From Octopus bimaculoides (taxonomy: Eukaryota), in the NCBI RefSeq assembly GCF_001194135.2, contig NC_069005.1, positions 21,330,495-21,394,494 on the forward strand: 64,000 bases of DNA, read 5' to 3'. This document shows, piece by piece, positions 24,183 through 38,201 of the stretch (its first letter is position 1; each line of letters opens with the position of its first letter). The notes beneath the pieces are model-generated. The model saw nothing but the letters and a program-made list of their open reading frames with translations, ran no database searches and was not told where the DNA came from. The position numbers were made by a program, and so were the translations under genes.

Positions 24183-26052
24183 TTTAAAGTCTCACTTAAA
24201 GCCAAGTCAGTTCTGTCTTTAATGGTATTGGATTTCCTTCATACTGATAGGATCACTGTATAACTGAATGTTTTTAATTAGATTGCAATGTTGAACTCAA
24301 ATCTTATGTCACTTAGAGAGAGATAAACAGCAGCTACAGTAAGCTGCCATAGCTACCTATTAACCCTTTTGTTACCATATTTCTGTTGAAAGATAATACT
24401 GCTTTTGCTTTTGAAAATAATAAGGAATTTGGTCATTTGCATCATGGAACCAGAAGCAGTCTCATGTGGTTTGAGATTAAAAGGATTAAGATGATAGCTT
24501 CAAATATTAACCAGCAACTCAGTATTTTTGTAATGATAATATAAGTTTTTAAAATCTGAGTTTTCATTACTCTGTATAAAATAGAATATTCTGTATGTAC
24601 CATCAACTACATTTATATTATGTTCTCACAGTGTAATGAAGATGTTAATAACTAGTCGATAAGTACATAGCGGAATTTAAAAATTTCATTGTTGTTATAT
24701 AAAGTAACTAATCATGTAAAAGTAAACCAGTTTATTACCTTTAAAATGTGAATAGTGACACATGTGCAGTGGAGGTAGTTGTTGAATCAGTCATATTAGA
24801 TCCATGAATAATTCATTATAATTATCTCAGAAATTACCTCAGAAAGCACTACAGAAATAAAGATTACATATTTCAACTGATGGTTGGCCTTTGAATTTAC
24901 AAATGTATTTCATGTTTATTAATGGCTTTTTAAAATATGCTAACTGCAAGCAGGTTAGACCAGTATGTTGCAGGATTACTAACAGAAAAGTATGTGGTTT
25001 ATGAACCCTTTGGTTTCGACCATTTTTCTCTTGGATAGGAAGTTTCCAGTCACATCCCACTGTTGCAGCCTGTACTGATAGAACTCTCCCTGACTCACTC
25101 TCTATTGACTCTGGTTTGATTCTTTTCTCCTACACTCTGTTTCCTATACATTAGTATCCTACTTGCTCTCATCAACAACAACATCCACTCTTATGCAAAG
25201 CATCATCTACAAGCAACAATACACTTCTGACCAAGTTTGTGGGTGTGTGGTAAAAAGCTTGCTTCCCAACCACATGGTTCTGGGTTCAATCCCACTGTGT
25301 GGCACCTTGGGTGAATGTCCTTTACTATAGCCTTGGGCCACCTAAAGCTTTGTAAGTGGATTTGGTAGGCAAAAACTGAAAGGAAGCCCATTGTATGTGT
25401 GCGTGTATATATATATATATATATATGTAGATATATCTATGTGTGTGTGTCTTTATGTCTCTGTTTGTTCCTTCACCACCACTTGATAACTAGTGTTGGC
25501 GGGTTTACATTCTCATAATATAGCAGTTCAGCAAAAGAGACTGATAAGATATGTACTAGGCTCAAATAAAAAATAACTCCTGGGGTCAGTTTGCTTCACT
25601 AAACATTCTTCAAGGTGGTGCCCCAGCATGGCTGCAAGTAAAAGATAGCAAAAGATAAACAAATATTTTTTAATGGATTCATGCCAGTCTCCTTTCAACA
25701 GAAAAAAAAATCCCACTGCACATATCAAGTAAACATTGCACTTTCCACCCTCAAACATGAGCAGCCTAGTAATAAAACCCTCAACACTCTTCTTACTGCC
25801 AGACTTCACTATCATTAAGGATGTCTCTTGAGGAATCCACATTCTTTAATGTAGCTAAGACTGCACCTCAAAGACTGGCTTTTTCTCCTCAAACTCAGAA
25901 AATACTTCAGCACTCACCACACATAACTATTAACCCTCTACAAAGCTTAAATGAGACCCATAATTGTATACTGTTCTTATATCTGTAATACTGCTGCTGC
26001 ACAGGCAGACAACTTAGACTGCATCTGCAGAAAGGCCACATGACTAACTGTC

Positions 26053-26281
26053 TTAACCCTTTAGCATTTAAACCAGCCATATCCAACCAAATTATTCTAC
26101 TGGTTTTATGTTCAAACTGGCCAGATCTGGCCTCTCACACTTACCTTACAATATTATTCTAGAAATATGCAATCACGTCATTTAAATCTCAAAGGTACAT
26201 GGTTAATGCATGACTAATTCAAATGAATATGAATAAATAAGCATCACATCTGATAGAGTAAAGTGAATGCTAAAGAGTTAG
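26053..26281. mobile_element. MITE P1, empty copy (other empty copies at 26851-27052 and 33599-33808)
   Basis: TTAACCCTTTAGCATTTAAACCAGCC...GAATGCTAAAGAGTTA. Confidence 0.75.
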
Positions 26282-28569
26282 TCACTCACAGATTCATTCC
26301 AGCTCTGATTCATAGACTTGCTGCTTCCTCTCTCTACTTTTTCTGCAGCTGCTGTAATGCACTCTTCTCCTTGGCGTTTGTTTGTTTTGTACCACATCCA
26401 CTCAGTGCTCCTCAACTCACCTTTCATCATTCATGTTATATTATACTTCCCAGGCCCCACACTAACAAATATATGTAGGGCTTCCTCCTGAGAAATTGGA
26501 CTTCAGGAATTTATTCTCTGCACTCTTGCAGTCATTGATTTGCAACAGTTAAAGCATAATGTTAACAGCATCAATCTCACTGATCTTGGAGGGCTTGTAA
26601 ACACAAGTGACAGTGAGCACTGTCATTTCCTTCATGACTAGTAAAAAAAAGTCCTGTTACTTTGTCTATGGTTTTTTCAATTCTCAAATGACCTGTTGCA
26701 TCTCACTATAAACACTACATATGGTACAGTTCATCTTTGTAATGTCTTTTTGTTGATTAAATCATATGAATCTTTTGATACTGATCCTGAGACTGCTGGA
26801 ACCTTCCATCAAAATTTCATGCTAATTTATGTTTCAGTCCCACCCCCAGCTTAACCCTTTAGCAATCAGATTATTCTGTCAAATGTAATGCTTATCTATC
26901 CACATTGTTTTCAATTAATCATGCATTATCTCAGCTTCAAAATTTGGATGATGTGATTGTTTATTTTTAGAGTGACGTAGGTGTGAGAGGCCAGATTNNN
27001 NNNNNNNGAATATTTGTGATGGATATGGCCAACTTAAATGCTAAAGGGTTAATAATGACAAAGCCATTTAACTAAATTTTCCATTATTTTCAAAGGCAGT
27101 ATATTTCAACAGAAATATGACAAGGCAAGTGTTAAACTGAAATTACCAATAAATTGCTTTTTCTCTTCAACGTCATAGAAGCTTTCATCTCTCTTCTTTG
27201 CATGCATTTTTGTTTCAACATTTCAAGAAAACTTTCAAAACTAAACTAGGTCATTATGCTAAACTTAGAATTTCAAGTTAAACATCATTACAATTTGATT
27301 TGCTTGCTAGATTTCATTTGTGCTGCAGTTTCATATCTCCCGGCACTTTACCATTAACAAGGCAAAATTTTAAAGAAAGTTGTCAAACAATTATTTACTT
27401 CACATTGTACAAAATAACACTAAATTCACAGATTTTTACATAAATGTAATATAAGCAACTTGAAAATGTCTTGCATTGCTAAAAGAAAGAAAATATCATT
27501 CTTTGTTTATGTTGATTGCAATAATGATAGTAAATTATGCTAGTAACTCTTTGTCTTTGCACTTTCTATAACATTACAAAACAGTATTTTATGGAGTTGT
27601 TTTCAGTTGTAAATTAGAACACAAAAAAGATTAACCTAGAAATATATAACTCTAAGGCGAAAATCCAATAATCTAGTTAGTTAAGTATATTGCATCAGTG
27701 CAATAAATATTTAACTCTTAGCAGTTCATTTTGTATCTAGGTCAAAATATTTATAGCATTTCAAAATGCTAATTTGTCAATATTATTTATATCTACTTAA
27801 AACCTTGACGATTATGATGATGTTGAAACATCATAAATCTGTGTCATTCTTTAAGTTTTTTTTTTTTTTGCTTTGTTTTAGTTTGTAGTGTTTCTATCTT
27901 CATTGTTATTTTTATAAATTCTCTAATTTTGTGTACTCTTGTATTTAAGCTGGTGGATGTACCAACTGGCTTTAGGCAACACATCTTTGCTTTATTGATA
28001 TTGTAATGTGAGTTCTGAAAAAGGGTGTGTTGTAGATTACAATAAAGGAAGCTTGAGCATTGTAATAAAGTAAGCTTTAAAATAGCCTACTGTTAGTTAA
28101 AATGACAATGTACAATGTAAATAGTCCGAATTATGTGAAATAGATAAAAATAGTACAGAATTCTGCAGCTATTTTCTTGATATTTGGATTAGAAATATTC
28201 AAAAGCACTTGCTGCTTAAAAATACAAACAAACACTTATTATATTTGGTGTGTACTTATTCTGTTTGGTCTTACAAAACTCTGGAATTTTGATTTTTATC
28301 AAGAACGGCTGAAGACATTTCTTTTTGCTTTGTCAGTTTCAGTTTCAGACTCTTTACTCTTTTACTTGTTTCAGTCATTTGACTGTGGCCATGCTGGAGC
28401 ACCGCCTTTAGTCGAGAACATTGACCCCAGGACTTATTCTTTGTGAGCCTAGTACTTATTCTATTGGTCTCTTTTTGTCGAACCGCTAAGTTACGGGGAC
28501 GTAAACACACCGGCATCGGTTGTCAAGCGATGGTGGGGGGACAAACACACATACATATATATATATATG

Positions 28570-28639
<70 letters not shown>

Positions 28640-29242
28640 CATACATGTATACGACGGGCTTCTTTCAGTTTCCGTCTACCAAATCCACTCACAAGGCTTT
28701 GGTCAGCCCGAGGCTATAGTAGAAGACACTTGCCCAAGGTGCCATGCAGTGGGATTGAACCTGGAAAACAATGTCCATAAAAAAAGATCATACAACAGTA
28801 TACAAAGCAGAAAAAAAATCAGTTACTCAACTGGAAATAAACATTCAACAGAACTAATAATGACTTTTTCACAGATAATAACATTAATTTGAGCAATTCC
28901 ATCAATATTGTTAATAGCAACAACAAAATGCCCACTTATACATGTTTTACCAAATGAAGAAAATGATGAAATAGATTTTAAGTTTTTTCTTTTGCTAATG
29001 TTAACAGTAATAAACAAGTGTTGAACACGAACCACTTCTGAGGAAAAATTTGTTTGGCAGACTTATATGACCAAGAGTAGCACATCTGTACCTGAGCTCT
29101 TTATTCAAGAGCGATCAGGTTTCCTTATTCCTTCAAGAGAACAATTGAAAGTAAACCTGGCCAATGTGTAGAGCAAGAAGTAGAAGCGGGTAGAAACTGT
29201 CAGTTGTTCTGATCCAACTTTGTTGTTAATAAATAATTATTA

Positions 29243-29304
<62 letters not shown>

Positions 29305-29309
29305 GTTGT

Positions 29310-30075
29310 TAAGGCAGCGAGCTGGAACAATCGTTAGCACGCCGGGCGAAATGCTTAGCGGTATTTTGTCTGTCTTTACGTTCTGAGTTCAAATGCCGCC
29401 AAGGTCGACTTTGCCTTTCATCCTTTCAGGGTCGATAAATTAAGTACCAGTTACGCACTGGGGTCGATGTAATCAACTTAATCCCTTTGTCTGTCCTTGT
29501 TTGTCCCCTCTGTGTGTAGCCCCTTGTGGGCAGTAAAGAAATAAGAATTGTTAGCACACCAGGCAAAATGCTTAGCAGCATTTAGTCTGTCTTTATCTTC
29601 TGAGTTCAAATTCTGCTGAGATCTACTTTGCCTTTTATCCTTCCCCGATCTAATCAACTTACTCCCTCCCATGAAAATGCTGGCCTTGTACTAAAATTTG
29701 AAACCATTATTATTGTTGTTGTTTAACAGCATTTCTTCTGATACTTTACATTCTGAGTTCAAGTCCCACTTAGATCAACTTTGCCTTCCATCCTTTTGGT
29801 GTTGATAAAATAAAGTGCCAGTCAAATCTTGAAGTCGATACAATCAACTTGCTGGCTTTCCATAAAGAATTGCTGGCCTTGTGCCAACATTTGAAATAAA
29901 TGTTATTATCTGATACATTACTGCTTAGTTACATTTCTTCTGGCTCTTCACGTTCTGAGTTCAAATGCTGTCTTTCATCCATTACGATAAAATATGCACC
30001 TGTTGAGCACTGAGGTTGATGTAATTAACTTCCCCTCCCTTAAAAAAAAATTGCTGGTCTTCCACCAAAATTAGG
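29310..30075 (+). mobile_element. Head-to-tail cluster of four SINE B/B' copies following a long (TTA)n (29236-29304)
   Basis: The ttctgagttcaa...gcctt..catcc core recurs at ~29380, ~29600, ~29750 and ~29955, with increasing decay. Confidence 0.7.
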
Positions 30076-30097
30076 AATTGAAACTGATAATTAAATA

Positions 30098-30734
30098 TGA
30101 GGGGAAGTCAAAAATTATCTGCACTTTTGCCATAACGTATCTTTATTATTGTCATATTACCTTCTGTGCATGCGTGCTTATACTTGGTACTATTGTGGTC
30201 ACGTGATTGAAGTTTGAGCCTGATTACGGCATTTTTCTTACTGGCTTTACAGTGTAAGCATGGCCACTCCACTAGCAATGTGCACCAAGGAAGAACAAAG
30301 AGCAGTGATTTGATTTCTCTGGTCGGAAGGTGTGTCAAGTGCTGAAATTCATCGGAGGCTTTTGGCACAATACAGGAACAGTACACTACTGTGTAGAAGT
30401 GTGTATGAGTGGATCGAGAAGTTTAAAAGTAGCTGGACAAGCATGATGTATAAAGAGGGAGCAGGACAACTCGTCCACCAATGATGTGAAGATTCAGCAA
30501 GCTCGAGGGATGGTAAGGGTGACCCATGGATCACTGCTCTTTGTTCTTCTGTGGTGTACATTGCTTAGTGGAGTGGCCATGCTTACACTGTAAAGTCAGA
30601 AAGAAAAATGGCATGATCAGGCTCAAATTACATATCCACAATAATATCAGCTATAAGCACGCATGCGCAGAAGGCAGTGTGACAAAATAAAGATATGTTA
30701 TGGCAAAAGTGTGGATAATTTTTGACTTCCCCTT
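30098..30734. mobile_element. Mariner-derived fold-back element (~635 bp) with ~210-bp inverted arms
   Basis: TA|TGAGGGGAAGTCAAAAATTATC at the left and its reverse complement at ~30712-30734. The interior encodes a mariner HTH start (MATPLAMCTKEEQRAVI*FLWSEGVSSAEIHRRL...SVYEWIEKFK). The right arm duplicates the left end including the first codons. Confidence 0.8.
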
Positions 30735-31311
30735 CTCCTGTACTAAACTGGTACTTTATTTATTAACCCTAGAAGAATGAAAAACAAAGTTGATCTTAGC
30801 AGAATTTCAGCTCAGAAGGTTAAGGCTGTGACTAACTAAATACTGCGGGTATTTTGTTGATATTCCTATGATTCTGCTAATCCATTTCATTTGGAAAATA
30901 TAAATATTGGGGGGATGGATGAGTATTTATTATATATGACACATAATATTTTGTAGTATGATTGGTTCTCTTCACGCATATGACACATTCTATCAAATGT
31001 TACATTTTTGATTTATTTATTTTGACAAATGTGTCAACATTTTATCAAAAATTTTTTTATATGAAATTAATTATTTAACTACTCGCATCTTTTCCTTTTA
31101 TTAACTCTCTTTTCTTTAGCTGATCTTGAAATTCATATTCTGTATTTGTGTCTCACAAGAAATGATTGATGGATTAATGAAATATTCATTTGCACAACAA
31201 GCATAGATGTATATTTTGGTAGATAAATGAATGAAGGAAAGCGGTCTTAACCCATGAAGAACATTATGCAGAAAACAGTGAAGTAAAGAAGCAAAGTTTT
31301 AACTCTGAGTG

Positions 31312-31380
<69 letters not shown>
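31312..31380. repeat. (AC)n microsatellite, representative of many; others include (TA)n at 18083-18120, 18409-18449, 28575-28635 and 62510-62565, and (TTA)n at 29236-29304 and 44518-44562
   Basis: Seen directly in the sequence. Confidence 0.95.
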
Positions 31381-31382
<2 letters not shown>

Positions 31383-32289
31383 CTACTACTACTATCATTT
31401 TAATGTTCACTTTTTCATGTTTGCATGTGCTGGATGGAGTTTACTGAGGCAGATTTTTGACAGCCAGATGCTCTTCTTGTCGTCAACTGCCACCTGTTTC
31501 TAAGCAAGGTAATATTTCCTCCTGGCCGGACACATGCTCTTGCAGCATATTGGAAATGAATTACACTGCTTATGTGACAGTGACACTCATTTTTGGCTAT
31601 CAACACATGATGCCAAATCAAGGAGACACATTCTCACACACACACACACACTCTCACTCTCACTCAGTTCCTGTCTACCAAATTCACTCACAGGGCTTTG
31701 TTTAGCCTGGTGGGTATAGTTGGCAGCTTGACATAAACAGCAGGTTTGTTTTTTGCTTAGAACATGTTGCACCAGAAAAATGCTAAGCTTGGTTGCATGA
31801 CTTAATATAAAACCAATCTTCACCCTTGTCAACTGACCCTGTCTATATCAACATTGTTATGACTTTAAATTACTTACACGGTTTGGTCCATCAGCTTGAG
31901 ATTCTCTGTAATTGCATCTTACCAGTGCATCTCATTAGCTCTTATAGCAGCAGTTTATGACTGTCATGACAGTTATCAGAAACAGCACTCAGGCCAGTGA
32001 GGGAATTTGTATGCAGTTCATCAACCTGCTAGAAATAGCAGCCAATTGTTTCTCAAATCACATTGTGGATAATGTTGTTCTAGAGGTCTCTTAAAAGACA
32101 GAATGGTTACAGTTGGAATGTCTTCTGGTTATAGATTTGCTTGATTGGAGTTAATATGAGGCTATACTACAACTACTTGATTTAATAGGCAAGTAACCAT
32201 GATAACTATATTGATCTTAGAGGGCTTACAGACTCCATGGATATAACTTCTCCTTTCAGATCAAACCACACACCAACTAGTAAGATATA

Positions 32290-32504
32290 TGAGGGGATGC
32301 TGAAAAGGTCCTGATTTTGGGTAAAAGAAAATACAGGAGGATCAGTTAATTATGATTTTATTGAACATATTCCCCTCTCAGATTCACACCCTTAGTGCAG
32401 CGGTCCTTCAGTTTTTCTAAGCCCTGTAAAAGTACTCAGAAGGTTGGGCCTCTAACCAGGCCTTTTGTGATACCCTTAAAGCCAAGAACTTTTCAACACC
32501 CTCG
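32290..32504. mobile_element. Mariner-type MITE, copy 1
   Basis: TA-TGAGGGGATGCTGAAAAGGTCCTG...AGAACTTTTCAACACCCTCG-TA; TIRs with TA TSD. Confidence 0.8.
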
Positions 32505-32522
32505 TATGTGTGTGTATGTGTA

Positions 32523-32723
32523 CACGAGGGTGTGCTGAAAAGTTCCTGGCTTTGGGTAAAAGAAAATACAGAAGGATCAGTTAATTATGATTCTATTTAA
32601 CATATTCTTCTCTGAGATTCCCTCCAGTTTTCTCTAAGCTCTGTAAAAGAACTTGGAAGGTTGGGCCTCCAACCAGGCCTTTTGTGATACCCTAAAAGCC
32701 AGGAACTTCTCAGCACCAGCTCA
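32523..32723. mobile_element. Mariner-type MITE, copy 2, in tandem with copy 1 across a (TG)n spacer
   Basis: CGAGGGTGTGCTGAAAAGTTCCTGGCTTT...AAAGCCAGGAACTTCTCAGCACCAGCTCA-TA; interior homologous to copy 1. Confidence 0.8.
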
Positions 32724-34365
32724 TATTTCTAAAAAAAAAGGAAAGGAAAACGAAATGCAGTGAAGGCCTACTCTTATGATACAAGACATAAGAATGTTCT
32801 TCAGTCTGCTTTCTAGCTTCTAGCTTGATTCAAATGCCACATGAAATATTTGTTTATCAGCCACATCCATTCTCTAACCTTCAAATAAATTACACTAATC
32901 ACTGATACAAACCAGTTCATTTATAATTTCACGTTTCTTCATAGCACTTATTTATTCTTTCAGTCTGACAAGTTCTTTTATAAATAATATAGAGTTTTTC
33001 AGCTTATGCCAGCATGAAATATGAATATAAAATATTAAAAAAAAAATTGTTTAACTAAACCTGTATTTAATTGAAAAACCTTTCATTTTTATTAGATATC
33101 AAGATATCGATTTCTTATGAAGTCATAAGACTTCAGCTTTGTAAGGAAAAGGAAATGAAATTATGTGATTTTCACATCTTCCAAGAACATTAACAGATAA
33201 TAATATGAAGGGAAATGGCTACAACTCTTACACTAACTCTGTGTATATTGAATTTAGAAGAACGAAATGAATAGAGAATCTGTATGAAGACCATATACAA
33301 GCAATATTTATTTATTCATTTTTTTGCAAACACATTAGGAAGAATTTATGATTCCTCTTATAAGCGTACGTGTTTTTCTCCAGCCAGTTAAAATTATTAC
33401 TTTTCATGAGATCTTAAATTAAACTAGACTAACAATGCTTCAGCATCTTGTTTAAAATAAGATGTTAGATATGAAAAAAATAAACACCCAAAACACAGAG
33501 AGTGAGATTTAATGGCTTAGTATAAAGAGGAAAGGCCACACAGATGACCCTTTCTAGGGTCTTTCCAATTACCAGACCAGAGAGAGAGAGAATTAATCTT
33601 AACCTCTTAACCCATTGTGCTTATTTATTCACGTTGTTTTGAATTTATCCTGCTTTATATTGTAGCTTTGAGATTTCATTGATGAGATTGTTTATGTTTA
33701 AAATGACATTTTAGGGTAAGTATGAGAGGCAACATCTGGCCAGCTTGAACATAAAGCAAGAAAAATATTTGGGCTGGATATAGCTGGTTTAAATGCTTAA
33801 AGGATTAATGTTTGCAATTAAGTGGACTTTGCTAAAAGCCCCTAAGGACCAGGTGGTAGTGTTAAACCATTGTTGTTTTGTTATGTCTGTGGCCCTTGGA
33901 CGGCCTAGGACTACAGTAGAAGACACTTGCTGTAGGTACCACACACTAGGACTGAACCTGAAACCATGGAGTTGGGAAGCAAGCTGTTTAACCATGCCGT
34001 CACACTTGCACCTACATTGTTTACTGCTATAGAAAAGATTCAGCTGTAAAACTGTTTGTTCCAACAATCTTTATAATTTATTTTCCATATATTCTTTACA
34101 TGCTAGAAGAGAAAAATATATAAGGATATTTATATTCTTGAAAGACAATCAATAGCAGATAATTGCTTATTTTCCTACTGATAATGTGTGCACAAATTAC
34201 ATGATTTTATATAAAATAGGTATATTGGAAAATGTTTTTTTCAAATATGAGCTGACTGAAAGAAAAAAAAAAAATAATGAACATGAAACATAATATAGGT
34301 GTGTAGCTTGTGCACACCAGAACTGATCTAGGAACATAAAGCCGAGTGTATATTTGTATGTTTCC

Positions 34366-34522
34366 TTAACCCTTCAGCATTTGCAGGTATGGCTGTGTGG
34401 TAAGAAGCTAGCTTCTCAATCACATGGTTCTGGGTTCCCACCTTGGGCAAATGTCTTCTGCTATAACCTCAGGCTGACCAAAGCCTTGTGAGTAGATTTG
34501 GTTGATGGAAACTGAAAGCCCG

Positions 34523-34610
<88 letters not shown>

Positions 34611-35379
34611 GTGTGTTTCTTTGTGTCTGTATTTGTCCCCCATCACCGCTTGACAACTGGTGCTGGTGTGTTTATGTCCCTGTAACTTAGTGGTTCGGCA
34701 AAGAGACTGATAGAATAAGTACTAGGCTTCAGAAAATAAGTCCTGGGGTCGATTTGTTTAACTAAAAACCATTCAAAGTGGTGCTCCAGCATGGTCACAG
34801 TCAAATAACTGAAACAAATAAAAGAATATCTGGCTACAATATTTTAGCTATTTTATATTCAAGATCTGAAGTCTCACACTGCCCCTACAGTGTCATTCTA
34901 AAAGTAAATAAATTTATCTCATCATTGAAATCTTGAAGTTATGTATTGATGTATGATTAATTTCAAAATAATGAATAAATAAGCATTACATTTGACAGAG
35001 TAAAAGGGTAAAGGGTAAAGCCCCCCTTTGGTCATGAACGACCATAGGATTGCACTTAGAAAGTTACATTCCAAGGCACAAATCCAGCAAGGTTGTTTTA
35101 TGGAAGACCAGCAGTCGCCCATGCATACCAGCCTCCCCTCTCCACACCACCTATGTTATCCAAGGCAAAGGCCGATACAGCTTGGGACCAGAGACTTCGC
35201 AACTCATTTCTACAGATGAGTGAACTGGAGCAACGTGAAATAATGCGTCTTGCTCAAGAACAAACACACAACTCAGTCCAGGAATCAAACTCACTACCTC
35301 ATGATTGTGAATCTGATGCTCTAACCACTGAACCATGCACCTTCACATTTGACAGATTATCCGAATGCTAAAGGGTTAA
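34366..35379. mobile_element. MITE P1 carrying SINE A (34383-34829) and SINE E (35000-35344)
   Basis: TTAACCCTTCAGCATTT ... ATGCTAAAGGGTTAA. SINE E is flanked by TSD acatttgacaga (34988-99, 35345-56). Confidence 0.75.
35000..35344 (-). mobile_element. SINE E (tRNA head, C2-like body, tail ending tttaccctttac)
   Basis: 12-bp TSD; box A/B-like TGGTTCAGTGG and GAGTTTGATTCC on the minus strand. Confidence 0.8.
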
Positions 35380-37627
35380 AAGGAAGTTTTAGGGTTTTAT
35401 TGTGAAGGAGCTACAAAAAGGAGGATGAAATTTTTCATTTCATCAAAAATTGGTTGCAGCCAATACCAAATATATTGGTGGTATGAGTATGCAGAGCATC
35501 AGGGAGCAGGAGTACTATGATAATACAGTTGAGGAAAATGCATTTGTATACTTTGTTACAATAATGAGAATGAATTTGCACATTTTGTTGATCTGTGCAG
35601 ATTATGTAAACTATTCGACTTTTGATACCAATGTAGTATTATTTGTATGTAGTATTAGTATGTTTATTACTTCAAGAAGAAATCAAATTCTGTAACACAG
35701 AGACAAAGAGTCGAGGATGGTCTGAAGCCCAGCTGCAAAAATTACTGACTTTGTGCCAAAATTTGAAGCCTGTATTAATAGTTATTTCGAACACAAGTAG
35801 AAAACTTGGAGTTTATGGGGAAGGAGTTAGTTGATTAAAGCATCTCCAATTCTTGATTTGTAATTCATTTTATTGACCTGGAAGAATGAAAGACAAAACT
35901 TACCTTGACATAATTTGAAATCAGTAAAGAGCCAGAACAAATACCACAAGGCATTTTTCTCAATGTTCCAACAATTCTGCCAATCTACTACCCTTTTGTT
36001 AATACTGATAATGGTTGCAAATTTTGGCATAAGGCCAGCAATTTCAGGGCAGAGCGTAAAGTCAATTACATCAACCCCAATGCTCAACTGGTACTTATTT
36101 TATTGACCCCAAAAGGATGAAAGGCAAAGTTGACCTCAGCTGAATTTGAACTCAGTACATAAAGATGGGCGAAATGCCGCTAAGCATTTTGCCTGGCAAC
36201 CTAATGATTCAGTTAGCTCACCACCTGAGTTAATATCAATAGCAACAAGAGTTCTTTGTCCAAGTTTTGCTGCATTTTCATATTTCATTTGATGTTAGGG
36301 ACACTATCCATTATTAATTGCTGAACTGTTTCAAATTCACAAATTTTTCTTATTCTTTTGTGGTTATTGCTTTTGGTTGTTAATTTTCATCAATCTTTNN
36401 NNNNNNNNNNNNNNNNNNNNNNNNNNNNNNNNNNNNNNNNNNNNNNNNNNNNNNNNNNNNNNNNNNNNNNNNNNNNNNNNNNNNNNNNNNNNCATTTGAC
36501 TGTGGCCATGCTGGAGCACCGCCTTTAGTCGAGAACATTGACCCCAGGACTTATTCTTTGTGAGCCTAGTACTTATTCTATCGGTCTCTTTTTGCTGAAC
36601 CGCTAAGTTACGGGGACGTAAATACACCAGCATCGGTTGTCAAGCGATGGTGGGGGGACAAACACAGACACACAAACACACACATACATATATATATATA
36701 TACATATATACGACGGGCTTCTTTCAGTTTCCGTCTACCAAATCCACTCACAAGGCTTTAGTCGGCCCGAGGCTATAGTAGAAGACACTTGCCCAAGGTG
36801 CCACGCAGTGGGACTGAACCCGGAACCATGTGGTTGGTAAACAAGCTACTTACCACACAGCCACTCCTGTGCTTTATTTTTTTTTTCTTTATAATTATCT
36901 ATTTTCTTATGGTTGTTCATGTTTTTGCTTCATTTATTTCCAAACCTTGCCCAGTTTTTGCTTTGCTGTCTTCACATAAATGTCTTTTTATAATTTCCAC
37001 AGTTAACACTTTCTGTTCTTAACTCCAGAACTTTTACGTCTTCATCATTTTAACTGTCTCTTTTCTATGCTTGCATGGTTTACATGAAAATACATTTGAG
37101 CAGAGCTTTTTTTTATGACTAGATGCCCTTCTTGATGCCAACTATCACCTGTTTCCAAATGAGATAATAATCCCACCTCCTGTCTGTTGAACAATGAACA
37201 ACCCAGACATGGTTAAGTGGAGAACTGAAAATGACACTTTGAATGAAGCTTCTGTTTTTACTACTACTGTGCAACATGTCAAGACATGTCAAAAAGGCCC
37301 AGACATGCTTTTGCAGTGGACAGCAAGAAGACGCCATCTGTTTAAACAATGGGGCTTTTGTTTACACTCAACAAACACGTGAAGACAAGGGGGAAATCAA
37401 ATATATCAAAGAAGTATTATTGTGTTGTGGAAAACTGATACTAACCAAATGAGTGGATATTGAAAAAGTATCTAGCATATTAGAATGATGTAACAGACAA
37501 TAGACAATAAGAGTTTTTTGTTTTAGGTTTTAATACTTAACCATATTGACAGACAAAATTGTGTAAAATGCAAGGTTTAGACAGATAGATAAAAAGCAAA
37601 AATTTACTTATAATTAACTGATATGTA

Positions 37628-38157
37628 CCATAAATCCTCGAGTATAGTCTGCCCTTGAGTATAATACGCAGGGGGAATTTTAGGGGGCTGTACCTCTGAA
37701 AGACCTAAACCTTGTGTATAATACGCACCTCTTCTCTAACTTGAGTCAAGGAGGTTGATATAACTTCCTTGGTTTGTAAACATATATACTTTATATATAC
37801 ATATATAATTGGTTTGTAAACATATATACTATATATATACATATATACTTTATTATTATTGTATTATCCTTTATTATTATTGTATATATAACAATGCAAA
37901 CGTATAGCTTTTTTGTGCACTTTGCAGAAAATAAAGAAATAGCAATAATAACATCAGTGGAAAATAAATATAGCTTAAGGTATTTTCGTGCCCAACATCA
38001 CAAAATGCGTCTGAATAAACATTACCGGACTGCAAATAGAGACTTGGACATTGCTTTGAAAATATTTGTCATTTTTAACCTCGTATATAGTACGCACTAG
38101 GGATTTTGACCTTTAAATTTCGTGAAAAAAATGTGGATTATACTCGAGGATTTACGG
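37628..38157. mobile_element. Tc2/pogo-like MITE
   Basis: TA|CCATAAATCCTCGAGTATAG ... TTATACTCGAGGATTTACGG TIRs; internal repeats of gtataatacgca. Confidence 0.75.
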
Positions 38158-38159
38158 TG

Positions 38160-38201
<42 letters not shown>

